The position numbers were made by a program, and so were the translations under genes. The notes beneath the pieces are model-generated. The model saw only the letters and a list, made by a program, of their open reading frames with translations. It did not search any database and was not told where the DNA came from. Positions 31,901-44,225 of a stretch of 64,000 nucleotides of DNA are shown here, piece by piece; position 1 is the first letter of the stretch; every line of letters starts with the position of its first letter. Source of the stretch: the human T2T-CHM13v2.0 reference genome, Homo sapiens; NCBI RefSeq assembly GCF_009914755.1, contig NC_060925.1; one strand, written 5' to 3'.

Positions 31901-32968
31901 TTTAAGGACTTTTTAAATCCATTTTAAAAGTAAATTGAGGTAGATGCATGCATTCTTTGCACGCACCTTCACCTGGCTGTGCCTCAGTTTCCTTACTTCC
32001 AGATACACATAAGAGCAGCTTCCACCTCAGGTGTGATGTGAGTACTGGACAAGTTAATTCATCTGATGTGTTAAATGAGCTCAGGCTTTAAAGCATTTAG
32101 AACAATGCCTGGCACATAGGAAATACTCAGTAAATGTTGATGGTTGTTGTTTCATGCCCTGTCCCTACCTTTCCCCTTCATTCTTCTACTATATCACAAG
32201 AATTTCTCTTCTCATGTATGTCCTTTAAGTACCCCCAACCTGGTCTGCCTCCAGACTCTGATTTATTACCTATCTTGACCACAATTTTCTAAAACAAATG
32301 AACAAACGAAAGTAAACACAAAAATTATTTCTTTATGTCTCACAAACCACCAACCTTTCCCAGTTTGGGGACACTATTCATACTCCTTTATGCTTCATGA
32401 CTGGTGCTAAGCTTCCTTATAGACTTTGCATCACAAAGCCCCTTTTATGGTTGAAGAGCAAGTACTAATTTATCTTGAACACCTAAAATCATCTGGGAAT
32501 GGGCCAACTATGCTGTTGACATGCATAGTGACATTTAATCCTTGCAACCACCTTGCAGTAGCTAAGTATTATGCTTATTTTAAAGAAGAGGAAACAAGCT
32601 GAGATAAATAATTTGCCCAAAGTCATATAGCTAGTAAATTACCAAATGGAGATTTGGATCCTATCCACCCCACACAAACCACCCCTGGGCCTGTCTCCTT
32701 CCCACTTCCTGCTCACTGGCTTGCCTCATGAATACACCTTCCAGCTTAGGACTTCAAACTCATCATTCAACAAACATACCATGCTTCATGCAAGGCCCAC
32801 TTAGGTTATTGCCTCCTTCTGGAATGGCCTAAGCAAACACACACACACACATACACACATCTTTCCCCTCTACACACATGAGCATGCATGCACACACACA
32901 CATACACACACACATATTTAATTATTAACCTCTCTTCTGAACACTGTTCCTCCTTCTAAGACAATTTA

Positions 32969-34583
32969 TTTATTTTAAAATTAGCTTTATGACATAATTT
33001 AACGCAATAAAATTCACCAATTTTATGTACAATTCAATGAGTTTTGACAAATATGTACAATAATGTAACCACCAACACAAACAAGATATAGCACACTTTC
33101 CTCTCCCCCAAAAGTAACATCGATACTCTCTTACAGTGAATTCCCTACCATAGCCAGTCCCAGGCAACCATTCACCAATTTCAGCTGCTATGGTTTTGCC
33201 TTTTCCAGAAGTTCATCATTATTAGAATAATTTTGTGTCTGGTTGCCTTCCCTTAGCATCAGGTTTTTGTGATTCATCAATGCTGTTACAAGTATCAGCA
33301 GTTCCTTCCTTTTTATCACATTAAAATTGTTATCCAATTGTTCCAGCACCATTTAATTAAAAGGCCATCTTTCCCATTGTATGGATGCACTGAAATGTAT
33401 TTAACCAATCACCAGGTGATGAGCATTTGGATTGTTTCCACTTTTGAGCTATTGTGAGTAAAACTGCCATGAGCACTCATATACAGATATTATTTTATTT
33501 TTCTATGCTTTCATTTTTCTCTTGAGTAAAAGCTCAGGACTGGGATTGCTAGGTCCTATGGTAAGTGTATGTTTAATTCTCAAAGAAACTGACAAATAGG
33601 TTCCAAAGTGCTGTACCATTCTCCATTAGCACTAGCAATGCATGGAAATTCCAGGTTCCACTTCTCTGCCAACCCTTGGTATTATTTGTCTTTTTATTTT
33701 TAACCACGCTAGGGTGCAATGGTATCTCATTGTGTTTTATTTTATTTTTTATTTGTATAAATTTATGGGGTACAAGTGTAATTTTGTTACATGCATAGAT
33801 CATGTAGTGGTCAAGTCAGGGCCTTTAGGCTATTCATCACTCCAGTAACATAGATTGTACATTTCTTTGTCTGTTCTCACGCTGCTAATAAAAACATACC
33901 CAAGACTGGGTAATTTATAAAGGAAAGAGGTTTAATTGACTCACAGTTCCACATGGCTGGGGAGGCCTCACAATCACGGCGGAAGGCAAAGGAGGAGCAA
34001 AGTCACATCTTACATGGTGGCAGGCAAGAGGGCATATGCAGGGGAACTCCCCTTATAAAACCATCAGATCTTGTGAGACTTATTCACTACCATGAGAACA
34101 GCATGGGGAAAACCAACCCCATGATTCAATTACCTCCCACCAGGTCCCTCCCATGACATGTGGGGATTATTACAATTCAAGGTAAGATTTGAGGGCGGAC
34201 ACAGAGCCAAACCATATCAGTACCCATTAAGTAATTTCTCATTATCCACCCTCCTCCCACCTTCAGACCTTTCCCAGTCTCCAATGTCCATCATTCCACA
34301 CTCTATGTCCATGTGTCTATATTATTTATCTCCTACTTACAAATGAGAACATGTGGTATTTGTCTTTCTGTGTCTGATTTGTTTCACTTAAGATAATGGC
34401 CTCCAGTTCCATCTGTGTTGTTGCAAAAGACATAATTTTATTCATTTTTATGGTTGAATAGTGTTCTACTGTGTATATATACCACATTTTCTTTATCCAA
34501 TCATGCATTGGTGGATACTTAGGTTGATTCCATATATTTGCTATTGTGAACAGTGCTGCCATAAACATATGAGTACAGGAATC
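32969..34583 (-). mobile_element. Composite L1 block: old L1MB/MC-like 3' end (32969-~33735) joined to an L1MA-like 3' end (~33735-34583)
   Basis: Two successive antisense L1 3' termini; one flanking direct repeat tctaagacaattta. Confidence 0.8.
33862..34219 (-). mobile_element. THE1 (C/D-like) MaLR solo LTR
   Basis: gttctcacgctgctaataaa..gactgggtaatttataaagg..ggacacagagccaaaccatatca; TSD gtac(a/c). Confidence 0.92.
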
Positions 34584-35845
34584 TCTAAGACAATTTAAAC
34601 CCTTCCTCTTGCATGACCTCTTTCATCAAATTCCCACTATTTTAATAGATGGTTTACCTGCACACTTGCATCACACTTTTGGGGTTTTATTTGTGCACAA
34701 CAGTACAATACAATAGGATGGTCACAAGGTTGACACTCAGTATTCAAGTCTCCATTCCACTATTTGCTGAAAGAATTTAAGAAAGTCCTTTCTGAGTCTC
34801 AAGTTCTTCACCTTAACAAAAAAGTAAATAATAATACTTAATGCCAGGGCAATCATGAGAGTTAATATGCAGATATGTGAGAACATATTTTTCATACTAG
34901 AAGGCTGAGAAAAGATTAGTTATTGTTATTAATATCAGTTACTATGAATTATCCAAACATTAAATTATTACTAACTTCCAGGCATTGAGCCCTTGAACTA
35001 AAAATTTCTGTTTGAATATGTATTCAAATATTTTTGAATGAGTCAATGCAGGTACTGAGATTCCTGAGTGGCTTGAAAGGCCAGCCAAGAGGTGACAGGC
35101 ATGGTTCCACATTCAGGAAACTTGCAATCCCGCAGCTAAAACTCAGAGGTGCCCTAAGGAGAGTCAAACTCCCAGGAGAAAACAGGGAGGGTGGAGGGGA
35201 AGCATTTTATGGGAGTGAGAGTGGGCCCACAACCTCACTAAACCTGTTGTCCCAGATATGTGACTTCTTCCCTTGGGGCCCCAGTCTCTTCCTGTATAAC
35301 CTGGTATTAATGACCAGGAAGTCCTCTAAGTACTCCCATTACCACCCCAAGCCTAGCAAAGTCTCCGGCACACAGTAGGTATCCAATAAATATTTGTTGA
35401 ATAAATGAACTCTGATATTCTAGGATGCAATTTAAGATTAGATCCAGATATGTGGAGAGGAGAGAAAGAAAAGTTCTTCTGGAGAGGAAAAGGCCCACCA
35501 GCTTTAGGCTTTCAGGAAATGATTCTTGGTACAGGGGTAAGGGATAATCCTTTTCCCCTTTCCCACCGGATCCAGCCCAGGTTTTCTCTGAGACCCTGAC
35601 TTTCTTAGGCAGGGAATGTTTAATTATTTGTCTGTGAGTCCGTACCCCAGCTGGATAGAGTTAATAAACCAGCCAGGTCTTTATCTTAACAAGAAGTCTT
35701 AGAATCAAATTCTCCCCTCATTAAAGGCCCAGAAATCTCCCTGACAGCAGTGGGAGTTTTGCAGGCAGCCTGAAAGTGGAATTTAGTCTCCTAGTGAATT
35801 CCTCCATGGGCACAAGCCTAGAGAAGTGGGAAGAATTATATCATT

Positions 35846-35935
35846 GGAAGGGAAGGAAGGAAAGAAGGGAGGGAGGGAGGAAGGAAGGAAGGGAGGGAGG
35901 GAGGGGAAAAAAGGCAGGAAGAAAAGAAAAGAGGA
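35846..35935. repeat. Degenerate (GGAA/GGGA)n polypurine tract
   Basis: ggaagggaaggaaggaaagaagggagggagggaggaaggaaggaagggagggaggg. Confidence 0.9.
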
Positions 35936-36101
35936 CAAGCCCACCCCCTTTTCCTTAAAACCCTAGCCTAGCACAGTGCCAGGTACCCTGGAAATGTCAG
36001 AAAATATGCCTGGATGTTGTGTAAACACGTCTCCTTAGAGCTTGAGGAAGACACTACACCCTGGAGTGTGAGTTGAATGGAGCTGACTGAGTGGCCAATT
36101 G

Positions 36102-36484
36102 TTTTGTTCTTTTATTTTTTTTAATTTACAAATAATAATTGCAAATATGTATGGCATACAGTGTGAAGTTTGATACATTTTTACATTGTAGAATGATCAA
36201 ATCAGGCTAGTTAACGTATCCATCACCTCACATACTTACCCTTTCTTTGTGGTGAGAACATTTAAAATCTACTCCTTTTTAGCATGCCGCGTTATTCACA
36301 AAAGCCAAGATACGGAAACAACCTAAGTGGCCATCAATAAATAAATGGATGAAGAAAGTGTGGTATATGTACACAATGGTAAACTATTCAGCCTTAAAAC
36401 AAAACAAAACAAAACAAAACAAAAAGAAGGAAATCCTGTCGTTTTCGAAAACGCAGATGAACCTGGAAGTCATCGTGCTAAGTG
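36102..36484. mobile_element. L1MA-like 3' fragment with 5' inversion (twin-priming type)
   Basis: Antisense 3' end 36102-36283 abuts sense upstream L1 sequence 36284-36484 (ttattcacaaaagccaagatacggaaacaacc). Confidence 0.75.
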
Positions 36485-36659
36485 TGCTATTCTTTACCTT
36501 AGTTACAGCTCCTGGGGCTTGCAGGGACCCAGTGAGATATCTCTGGGGTCAGGAGACTGCTGAGGCTGATTGGGTCCCAGGCACAGGCCAAACCAAAGCG
36601 ACCAGAATTCAGGGTTGAGAGGAAACCCCAGTGGTGGCAAACAAAATAAAGATGATTTT

Positions 36660-36810
36660 CAGGGTCAAAGGGCAGGGCAAGTCCAGAAATTGAAACGGAA
36701 GCAATGGATTTGAAAGCAGCGTGAAACAAAAGTAGTATGGAAAATAGCACCGAATGGGTCATACCAAGTAGCTCAGATCCAACCCATGAAACGGAAGCAA
36801 ACAGTGAGTT
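36660..36810. promoter_or_regulatory. Candidate promoter or enhancer: DR1 plus duplicated ETS-like site
   Basis: GGGTCAAAGGGCA at 36662-36674; tgaaacggaagcaa at 36691 and 36787; local CpG retention. Confidence 0.35.
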
Positions 36811-39800
36811 TCCCCTTTAAAGCAGTGCTGGGGACAGGACTAGGCTTAGGGAGACCGCAGGGGAGATGCTTAGCGTGTTTCCGAAATGTACCTTTAATTA
36901 TTAAGTGAGACCCGTGCACCAGCCTATGAGCCAGGGCTCAAAAAAGATTACTTCACTATAAGCGCTAGGGAAAAGGGCAAAGCAAACCAGTAGTATTTTT
37001 CATCTTATATAACGCAGTCCCTAGTCAGCCTTAACTACAAGAGAAATACGGTTTAGGTGTTCCCTTCTGTCATTCATGCTTGCTGGAAAAGGAATCTTTG
37101 GTGTTTCTGAAAAATTGGACACAGCTAAGGAAGCTGTGCACTGGCCAGAAGACACATTGTGCCAGGGAATGCTGAAAAGGTGGGACTGTGACCATCAGCA
37201 GACGGTTTGGGGCCTGGGGGTGTCTTGGGTCTGGGTGAGCTCTCTTAGCCCCTTCCTCTGGCTCTTTCACTTCTAAGACAATGTTGCGGGGAGATGGCTG
37301 TGGCTACATCCTTGTCTGTGCTCCTCTCTCAAGCCTTGCATCTTCATTATCTGACGGCCGCAGGGAAGGTGTTCTGGCTAAACCAGAAGTTTTTGGTCCA
37401 GCTCTTGCTCTTGCTCCCTTGCCTGCCAGGCTATAGGGAAATTGGGAAAATAAAGCAGCCACAGTCATGCTTGTATCTGGGTGTTCCACGAGTCCTTGGG
37501 GAAATGGTACCGTGAGAATACAACGTAGACTTAGAAAAGCACTTCTCAGTTTGCAAAGTTCTTCTATCTATCTATCTTAGTGAGAAGGAAGCTCTCTACA
37601 CTTAGCAAGTGAGCCAACTAAAGCCCTCCAACATGCCCCTCCAGGCTCATTAGAGACTACACTCCCCTAGCACACACTAGGGACCAGCTATAGTAACTTT
37701 CCCCTGTTCCTTGAGCACTCCAAACTCATGCCTCCTCAAGGCCTTGGCAGCTCCTGTTCCCCACTCCTGGAAAGTGCTTCCCTCGGCTATTCACATGCTA
37801 GCTCCTTCTTTTCCCTCAAGTCTCAGCTCAAATGTCATCTTCTCAGAAAGCCTTCCGTGTTCACTCTCAATCAAGTAACCCCACTTCCTTCAGAATAAAA
37901 AGCACTAAAATTCAAAGCCAGACCATTCTTCTTGTGAAGGAATGGGAGGGCCATTGGGAAAGAACCCAATGGTGAGATCCAATGGGAAAACTTTTTAGTC
38001 GTTTTTAACCTTATAAAGTAAGAGTGAATTTCCCAGTTACACGGTCACAAAAATTTGAAAACTGATCATCTATAATTGCCTAAATTAGCACTGGGCGCCA
38101 CCTTGATGGATAAGTGAGTCCCACTTCTGAATGGCATGAGGGCAGTAGTGTGTGCATCCCCTGGATGCTCCTACCTAATGGCATAGGGTGCTGACAGAGA
38201 GGCGGCAGATAGCATGAAGCTAGTGGAGGAGGCTTGTGAGGAATGTTCTGATTAATTCTTGCAAGAACGCTTTGTCTAAGACCAAGAATTCTGTGATGAG
38301 TTAGGTGGGAGAACTTTTAGGCTGTTGCCTGAAGAACGTGGTTTTAGTATTCTAAGGGTGGTGGTTGTAATCCGGAATCCTCTCCCACATAGCCAGGGTG
38401 GAGAGCAAGCAAAGGGAGACTCTTTGTCTCAGCATTTATCCTACATACTTGCATTTATCACAAAACATCCACGTTCAGTGGTGAACTCCTACCTCCTGGC
38501 CACCCATACAGGTCCTCCATGCCGTGCCTTTTACATGTGTGCACAAAAGAGAGAGCCCATCAGGTCCCTAGAAAGAGCTAACAGCTGAAGAGAGGAACAT
38601 GCACTGGATTGAGAGTCAGAGGACTGGGCTTGGATTCTAAATCCACACCTTCCTCGCTGAGTTATTTAAGCAAACCATGTTAGCCCTCTGAGCATCACTT
38701 TCCTCACCTATAGAACAAGGGCTTGAATCTAACCTTAATCTGCAATTCTAGATTGCTCAAAGAACAAATGAGATAATATACTCAAAAGTCCAAGGTAATC
38801 TGTAAAGAACTACACCAATATGGGATTCAAAAAACAATTCTACTTAATAAAAAAAAAGAGTGCCAAAGAGTTTCTGAAGATACACAAATAATCTCTTTCC
38901 TTTAAGAGCCCCTGGCGATTTGGTAGCACTGTATGATAATCAGTAGCAGCATCAATTTTACAAAAAGACTCACACTGGGATACCTGTGAATAAGAGACCT
39001 CCTCGAAGTTTTGAGAATGATTTGGTTTGGAAATATTCAGAAGCTCTATTCACCCTATATCCCTAGATGCATCAATTGAGCATGGTTCTATCGTTATAAG
39101 TGTATTCTTTGTTTGTCCTTTTATTTGATAGTTGGCCTTCTGCCTTCCTTCCACCTCCCCAACCATCTGGGAGCTGTATTTGTTAGAAAGTTATGACTCT
39201 TCAATCAGTAACTACCACTTATTGACTTTCTAGAAGGTGCTGAGCAAAGTACTAGCAGTTTTCATTCGTTATAGCTTATCCTTGCAATGACCTAGAAGGT
39301 GAGTACTACATGTATCTCCATTTTACATAAAAGGACACTTGTCTCAGAGAAGTTAAGTGACTTTGCCAGGGTCACACAGTGCTGAAGTGACACAGCAGGC
39401 TATTTTGGCTCCTAAGCCCTCATTTTATCCACTGCCTGGGAAAGACAGCAGGGTTTCCTACCAACACAGTGTCTTCTGCTTCCTCTACCATAGACTTGTT
39501 CATGAAGTGCTATCATACTCTCCCACCCATCCCCGGCTCCTCTTTGCCAGTGGCTCCAGGCCCAGACCCATGCAGCCTTCCACGCAGCCCGTTCTGACTT
39601 CCTCTGAAGTCAGCCATCCAAGTAAAGTTCACTTGAAGCAGAACCGCAGGAGTTTCCACTCCGCAGAGGACTCCAGTCTTGCCAAGTTCTCCACCAGCCA
39701 GGCTCCTGGAGGTGGGCCTCGTGCATTCCCATTGCATAAGTGTTATTCCAGCTAGTTCCTGGAATTGGAAACATGGCAAACCATTCACCTGGTGGGGAAA

Positions 39801-40582
39801 CTCTTGCCTGGGAGGGATAGTTGTTTGGTTAGCTGTGCCTTCAGAGCCCTTTCTAGGAGACCAGTTTGTAAAAAGATTTGTTTAGCAAAGCCCAATTCTT
39901 AAGTCAAAGTTGTATTATTTTCCCTATTGTTCAGTAACCCAACACGTACTTTCCCACCCAGTGAGCTCTCAAATCCACATTAGCATCTTCGGTCCTAGTT
40001 CAGGCCCTCCCCACCTCTGACTGAAATCACACCATGGCCCGCTTGCTGGTCTCTGAGACGAGACTTCCTGCTTCCTGTACCATGCAGCTCTGGGCCAGCC
40101 TCCACATGGCGGCCAGAAAGATCTTTCCAAAGGCTAATCCTATTACATGAGGCTCTAGCATAAAATCCTTCAACCACTCTCCAGCACCTGAAAAAGAAAT
40201 ATGTCCCTACTGTTTGAATTATTTGCAATGAGAATGTATTATTGTTATAATTTGAAAGAAAATGTTTTAAAATGCTTATTGAGCTATGCTCCCCCATTCC
40301 TAGACTACAATTTTCTTGAAATGGGAAAAGCATCTTTTTTGTCTCTATATCTGTAGAACACAGTTCAGTGCCCTACATATAATAGATAAGTACTCAAGAT
40401 ATGTTTATTAACATTCAATAAACTGATACCAGTTAATCAGAGCTCATGATGAGTAATGAGATATTCAGTGTAACTAGACTGGATTGATATAATTCTAGCC
40501 AAAACAGTTTAGGCAGTGTGTGCAACACTATCTGAGATAAAGGTATATTTCCTTTATAATTTTTGATATTGAAAATGGTTCT

Positions 40583-40901
40583 GCCAGATGCAGTGGCTCA
40601 TGCCTGTAATCCCAGAAATTTGGGAGGACAAGGTGGGAGGACTGCTTGAGCCCAGGAGTTTGAGAATGGCCTGGACAACATGGCGAGAACCCATCTCTAA
40701 AAAAAAATACAAAAAAATTATCCTGGTGTGGTGGTGCGTGCCTGTAGTCCCAGCTACTGAGTAGGCTGAGGCTGGAGGATCCCTTAAGCCCAGAAATTTT
40801 AAGGTTACAGTGAGGTATGATCATGCCATTGTACTCCATCCAGCCTGAGTGAGAGAGTAACACCTTGTTTCAAAAAAAATTAATTGTTTTAAAAAAAGAA
40901 A
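40583..40901 (+). mobile_element. AluJ
   Basis: ggaggactgcttgagcccaggagtttgag AluJ diagnostics; TSD gaaaatggttct. Confidence 0.93.
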
Positions 40902-41784
40902 GAAAATGGTTCTTAGACCTTCTCTGTCAATTCATATTAGACTAGAACTCTAGATTAGAGTTCATTAATTTCTCCAAGTCACTCTTTTACTGATGAAGGA
41001 GTTAGTGCTCTTCACATTGCCTAGGGGCTCTCATTTTTATGAGCTCCCAGAGCAGAATCAGGTAACGAATGGAAATTGCTAGGAGAACAATTTCAGCCAC
41101 ATGCTCTATACGCTCATCTATTTAGATCTTCAATTATAGTCTTTCCAGCAGCTTATATCTCAGGGGGTCAAATCTACATTCTGCCCTACTAGCTCTGTGA
41201 CATGTAGCAAATTACTTCTCAAGACTTCATGTTTTCATCTGTTCATGGGTTAGTTGCTAAAAATAAATGAAATGATATATATAAAATGTTCCCTATATTG
41301 GCTGATGCATTCTAGGAACATAGAAAACCCTTGAAATTATCAAAATTACTTATGCACGAGTCTATTTCTGTATTGCAAGATTGGGCACCTGAATTGGAGG
41401 AACAGCGTTTCTCTCATCCTATCTTCCTCTTCGCCTTCCTAGGTGATGATCCTGAATTGATTGGGTATTCAGCTAATTATTTTGGAGAGGAATTGACATA
41501 AGGTTTGGATGTATTGCACCACTGACCTTTAGCAACAACGAGGCCAAGGCTACAGGAATAGCAGTGAACCCTAATTTAGGCTTGCATCTGCCAGGCAAAG
41601 AAAACATGCTGCCAGGAGAAAGCAGTAGATGGTTTAATCTTCCAAGAGGTCTTCCTGAAGAACATTTTATTCCATTTCTTAATGAAATTGCCCAAATTTT
41701 GGATTTATCCTGCAGTTCCAGAGGCTCAGAAACCTGATTTGATCAGCCTCCAAGAGCTGTTCCTTCTCTCCTACACACCAACAG

Positions 41785-41943
41785 TAATCTCCTGGAAGCT
41801 GTATTACTCAGATGTTACTATACAGTGAGATTAAGAAGCTACCAGCACATGAACGTGGAATCCTCACATTGGCCCAGCCAAGGCATTCTCTCACCCTGGC
41901 TGCAGTGCTTGAGATGTCACGTTCACACTCTGAAGGTTGCCAG
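41785..41943 (+). ncRNA. Candidate spliced exon (lncRNA-like)
   Basis: Acceptor ttccttctctcctacacaccaacag| and donor CAG|GTGAGT; unique sequence. Confidence 0.3.
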
Positions 41944-43375
41944 GTGAGTGAGGTATCAGCACAAGAGGAGTTACATAAATAAACCATCTAATAGCACCCA
42001 ATTAAGATAGCAGCACGTGATTCCTAGCTCACAGCATGGATAAAACACCAACATTTCCCTCCATTGTGACTCTGCTTTTCTTTTTTCTTCAAATAGATTT
42101 AAGATCTGTGGTTGGATTAAGATCAGCTGACTCTCACCGACCTGGGAGCCATCCTGTCTCCTCACTAATCCTCTTGTCCCTATCTTAAACTTTAACTCTC
42201 AGAGGATAATTTTGTCACATTTCCAAGGTCTCTCAAGGAGTTCCTTGTGATCCTGCGTACTGGTAACAATGGTTCTCCTTAAAAATAGTCTGCTACAGTG
42301 AAATGAACATAAAAATCTATAGTCTAGAAACCCAAGTTAAAAATAAACTCAGACGCTTTGACTTTGATAAAATGAACGTCATCATCTGTTAAATGAGAAT
42401 GAAATGCTAATAACTACTCCTCCAGCATAGCGGCAAGGGTCAAGTGAGGTCAGGAGTGTTGTCTACCCCATACAACATGTTAGGCATTATTTTTCTTCTT
42501 CTTATAGTCTGGGAATAAGAAAGACACAATTTGACTCTCATTAAAGCAGTTTGTAATTGACGCAAGCAGAAAAACCACCTTTCAAATATGAGACAGGATG
42601 AAACACTCAGCCACTAAGGAGCTGTCCTCTTCCAGACCATCCACATCTCTTTTGTATCTGAAATACTGGCCCCAGAATTCCCTAGAGGATATGTCTGAGG
42701 AAACATTTGGATGAATTTCCTAAAGACCCGTCTGGGGAGAGGTTCAATGTTTTTGCCCCATCTTGCATATAAACTTGAAGTTTCAGTGATATGAAAGCCA
42801 AGAATTGGGTGGAGATTCAACCAGAAAATAGCCAGACTTTCTAGATACCAGAAGGAGTTCACTTGGGGTTGGACTGATTTAGCCATCATGTAGTAGCAGA
42901 CACATGGATTTTTTTTAATGAGTACTAACCAGCCCACTCCTCGTAGAGTATGAACAGTATTTGGCAAATGAATCTACCAGCTAGATGGTCATCATCTGGG
43001 GTCAGCTTGAAAGTGGCCACCCAAAAAAAAAAAAAAAAAAAAAACGCGAGGTCCTTGCAAAATAACAGCTGTTTTTAACTGCAGAATGGTATGCTGTTGA
43101 AACCAAAGCAGATGTTGTCTTATAGCTTTTTCATTCTATGACCAGCATTGACTCTGATGCCTCATACTTCCTAACATTGCTTCAGCAAGATAGATCTTGT
43201 GACCATAATCCCCTGGTGCCAAGATCATTTTCTGTCTTCTTATCTTTGCTCATCCTGTTATCTGTCAACAATTAGCAGGGAAGGAGGGAACACAGTGTCT
43301 TATCTATAAATCCCTAGTATCTAGCATGGTATCTAGGGCAAGAAGTAGCTTGAGTGTTGGGTGGGTGAATGAGTC

Positions 43376-43468
43376 AGTGAATGAATAAATGGCAAGTAAA
43401 CAAATGACTAAATTAGTGAATGAATAAATGGCAAGTAAACAAATGACTAAATTAGTGAATGAATAAAT
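43376..43468. repeat. Perfect 39-bp tandem repeat (2.4 copies) at an L2 tail
   Basis: agtgaatgaataaatggcaagtaaacaaatgactaaatt at 43376 and 43415, partial at 43454. Confidence 0.97.
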
Positions 43469-44051
43469 TAATAGAAGCCTGTGCTTTCCTTCCTCAAATA
43501 TAAACTAATTGACTTTCTTATTTTATTCTACTATGGACCAAACTGTGTGATTTTGATCACACAGTAGGAAAATACATCATTGAAACCTAAAAGATCAAAA
43601 CAAGTTTTATATTTATTGGGTTTAATTCCCAACTGTCCAGTGATAGCCTAGGAAGCCTGGCCCCAGAACTAAGCTCTAGGTACACTGATTAGGTATGAGC
43701 TCTGAACAGCAACCCATTCCCTTAAGGTGATGGATTGATTTTTAATCAATGGAGACATCAGGTTGTGTCTCCATGATGAATGACCTAAGTCAATGCCACT
43801 TCTCTTCTTATGTCAGAACAGGATCCACAGAGACAAAAACAAACTGATATTTTTCAAGTGCCCAGATCCCTGTGCGTTTCTGACAACTGCTGTGTAATAT
43901 AAACATCGTTATCCTTCATTTTACTGCTGAGAAAGCTGAGTATTCAAGAGATGATGTGACTTGCCCAGAGGCACATCCTTAGTTCACGGATCTGAGGTCC
44001 CAATCTCGACCTGTCTTTGTTCTTTCCACCCAATACTTGAGACAGCTAGGC

Positions 44052-44225
44052 CAGTGATTCTCACACTTGAGATACCTGGGGGTATTTTTAAAAACAAATT
44101 TCTGAACTTTCCCCTCAGATGTTCTTATTTGATAGCTATGAGATGAGGATGAGAATTTGTATTTCTAACAAATTCCCCAATGAAGGTAATGATGGTGGTC
44201 CAGGGGTCACACTTTGAGAGCCATT
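44052..44225. mobile_element. MER5-family MITE
   Basis: cagtgattctcacactt ... atttctaacaaattcccca..ggtccaggggtcacactttgagag. Confidence 0.75.

Noticed and set aside
35846-35935. GGAA-rich tract as an EWS-FLI1-type microsatellite enhancer
   Set aside because: At most three consecutive GGAA units; interrupted
38092-38108. CTCF-like motif (reverse complement CCATCAAGGTGGCGCC)
   Set aside because: Out of register with the consensus at conserved 5' positions
40945-40963. 8-bp-arm palindrome gaactcta-gat-tagagttc
   Set aside because: Many of this size are expected by chance in 64 kb
41443-41525. C/D snoRNA-like layout (GTGATGA ... CTGA, 83 nt)
   Set aside because: No terminal stem in kink-turn register, no clear C'/D' boxes and no rRNA guide I recognise; better explained as a splice acceptor. 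A snoscan hit or small-RNA reads would reopen it
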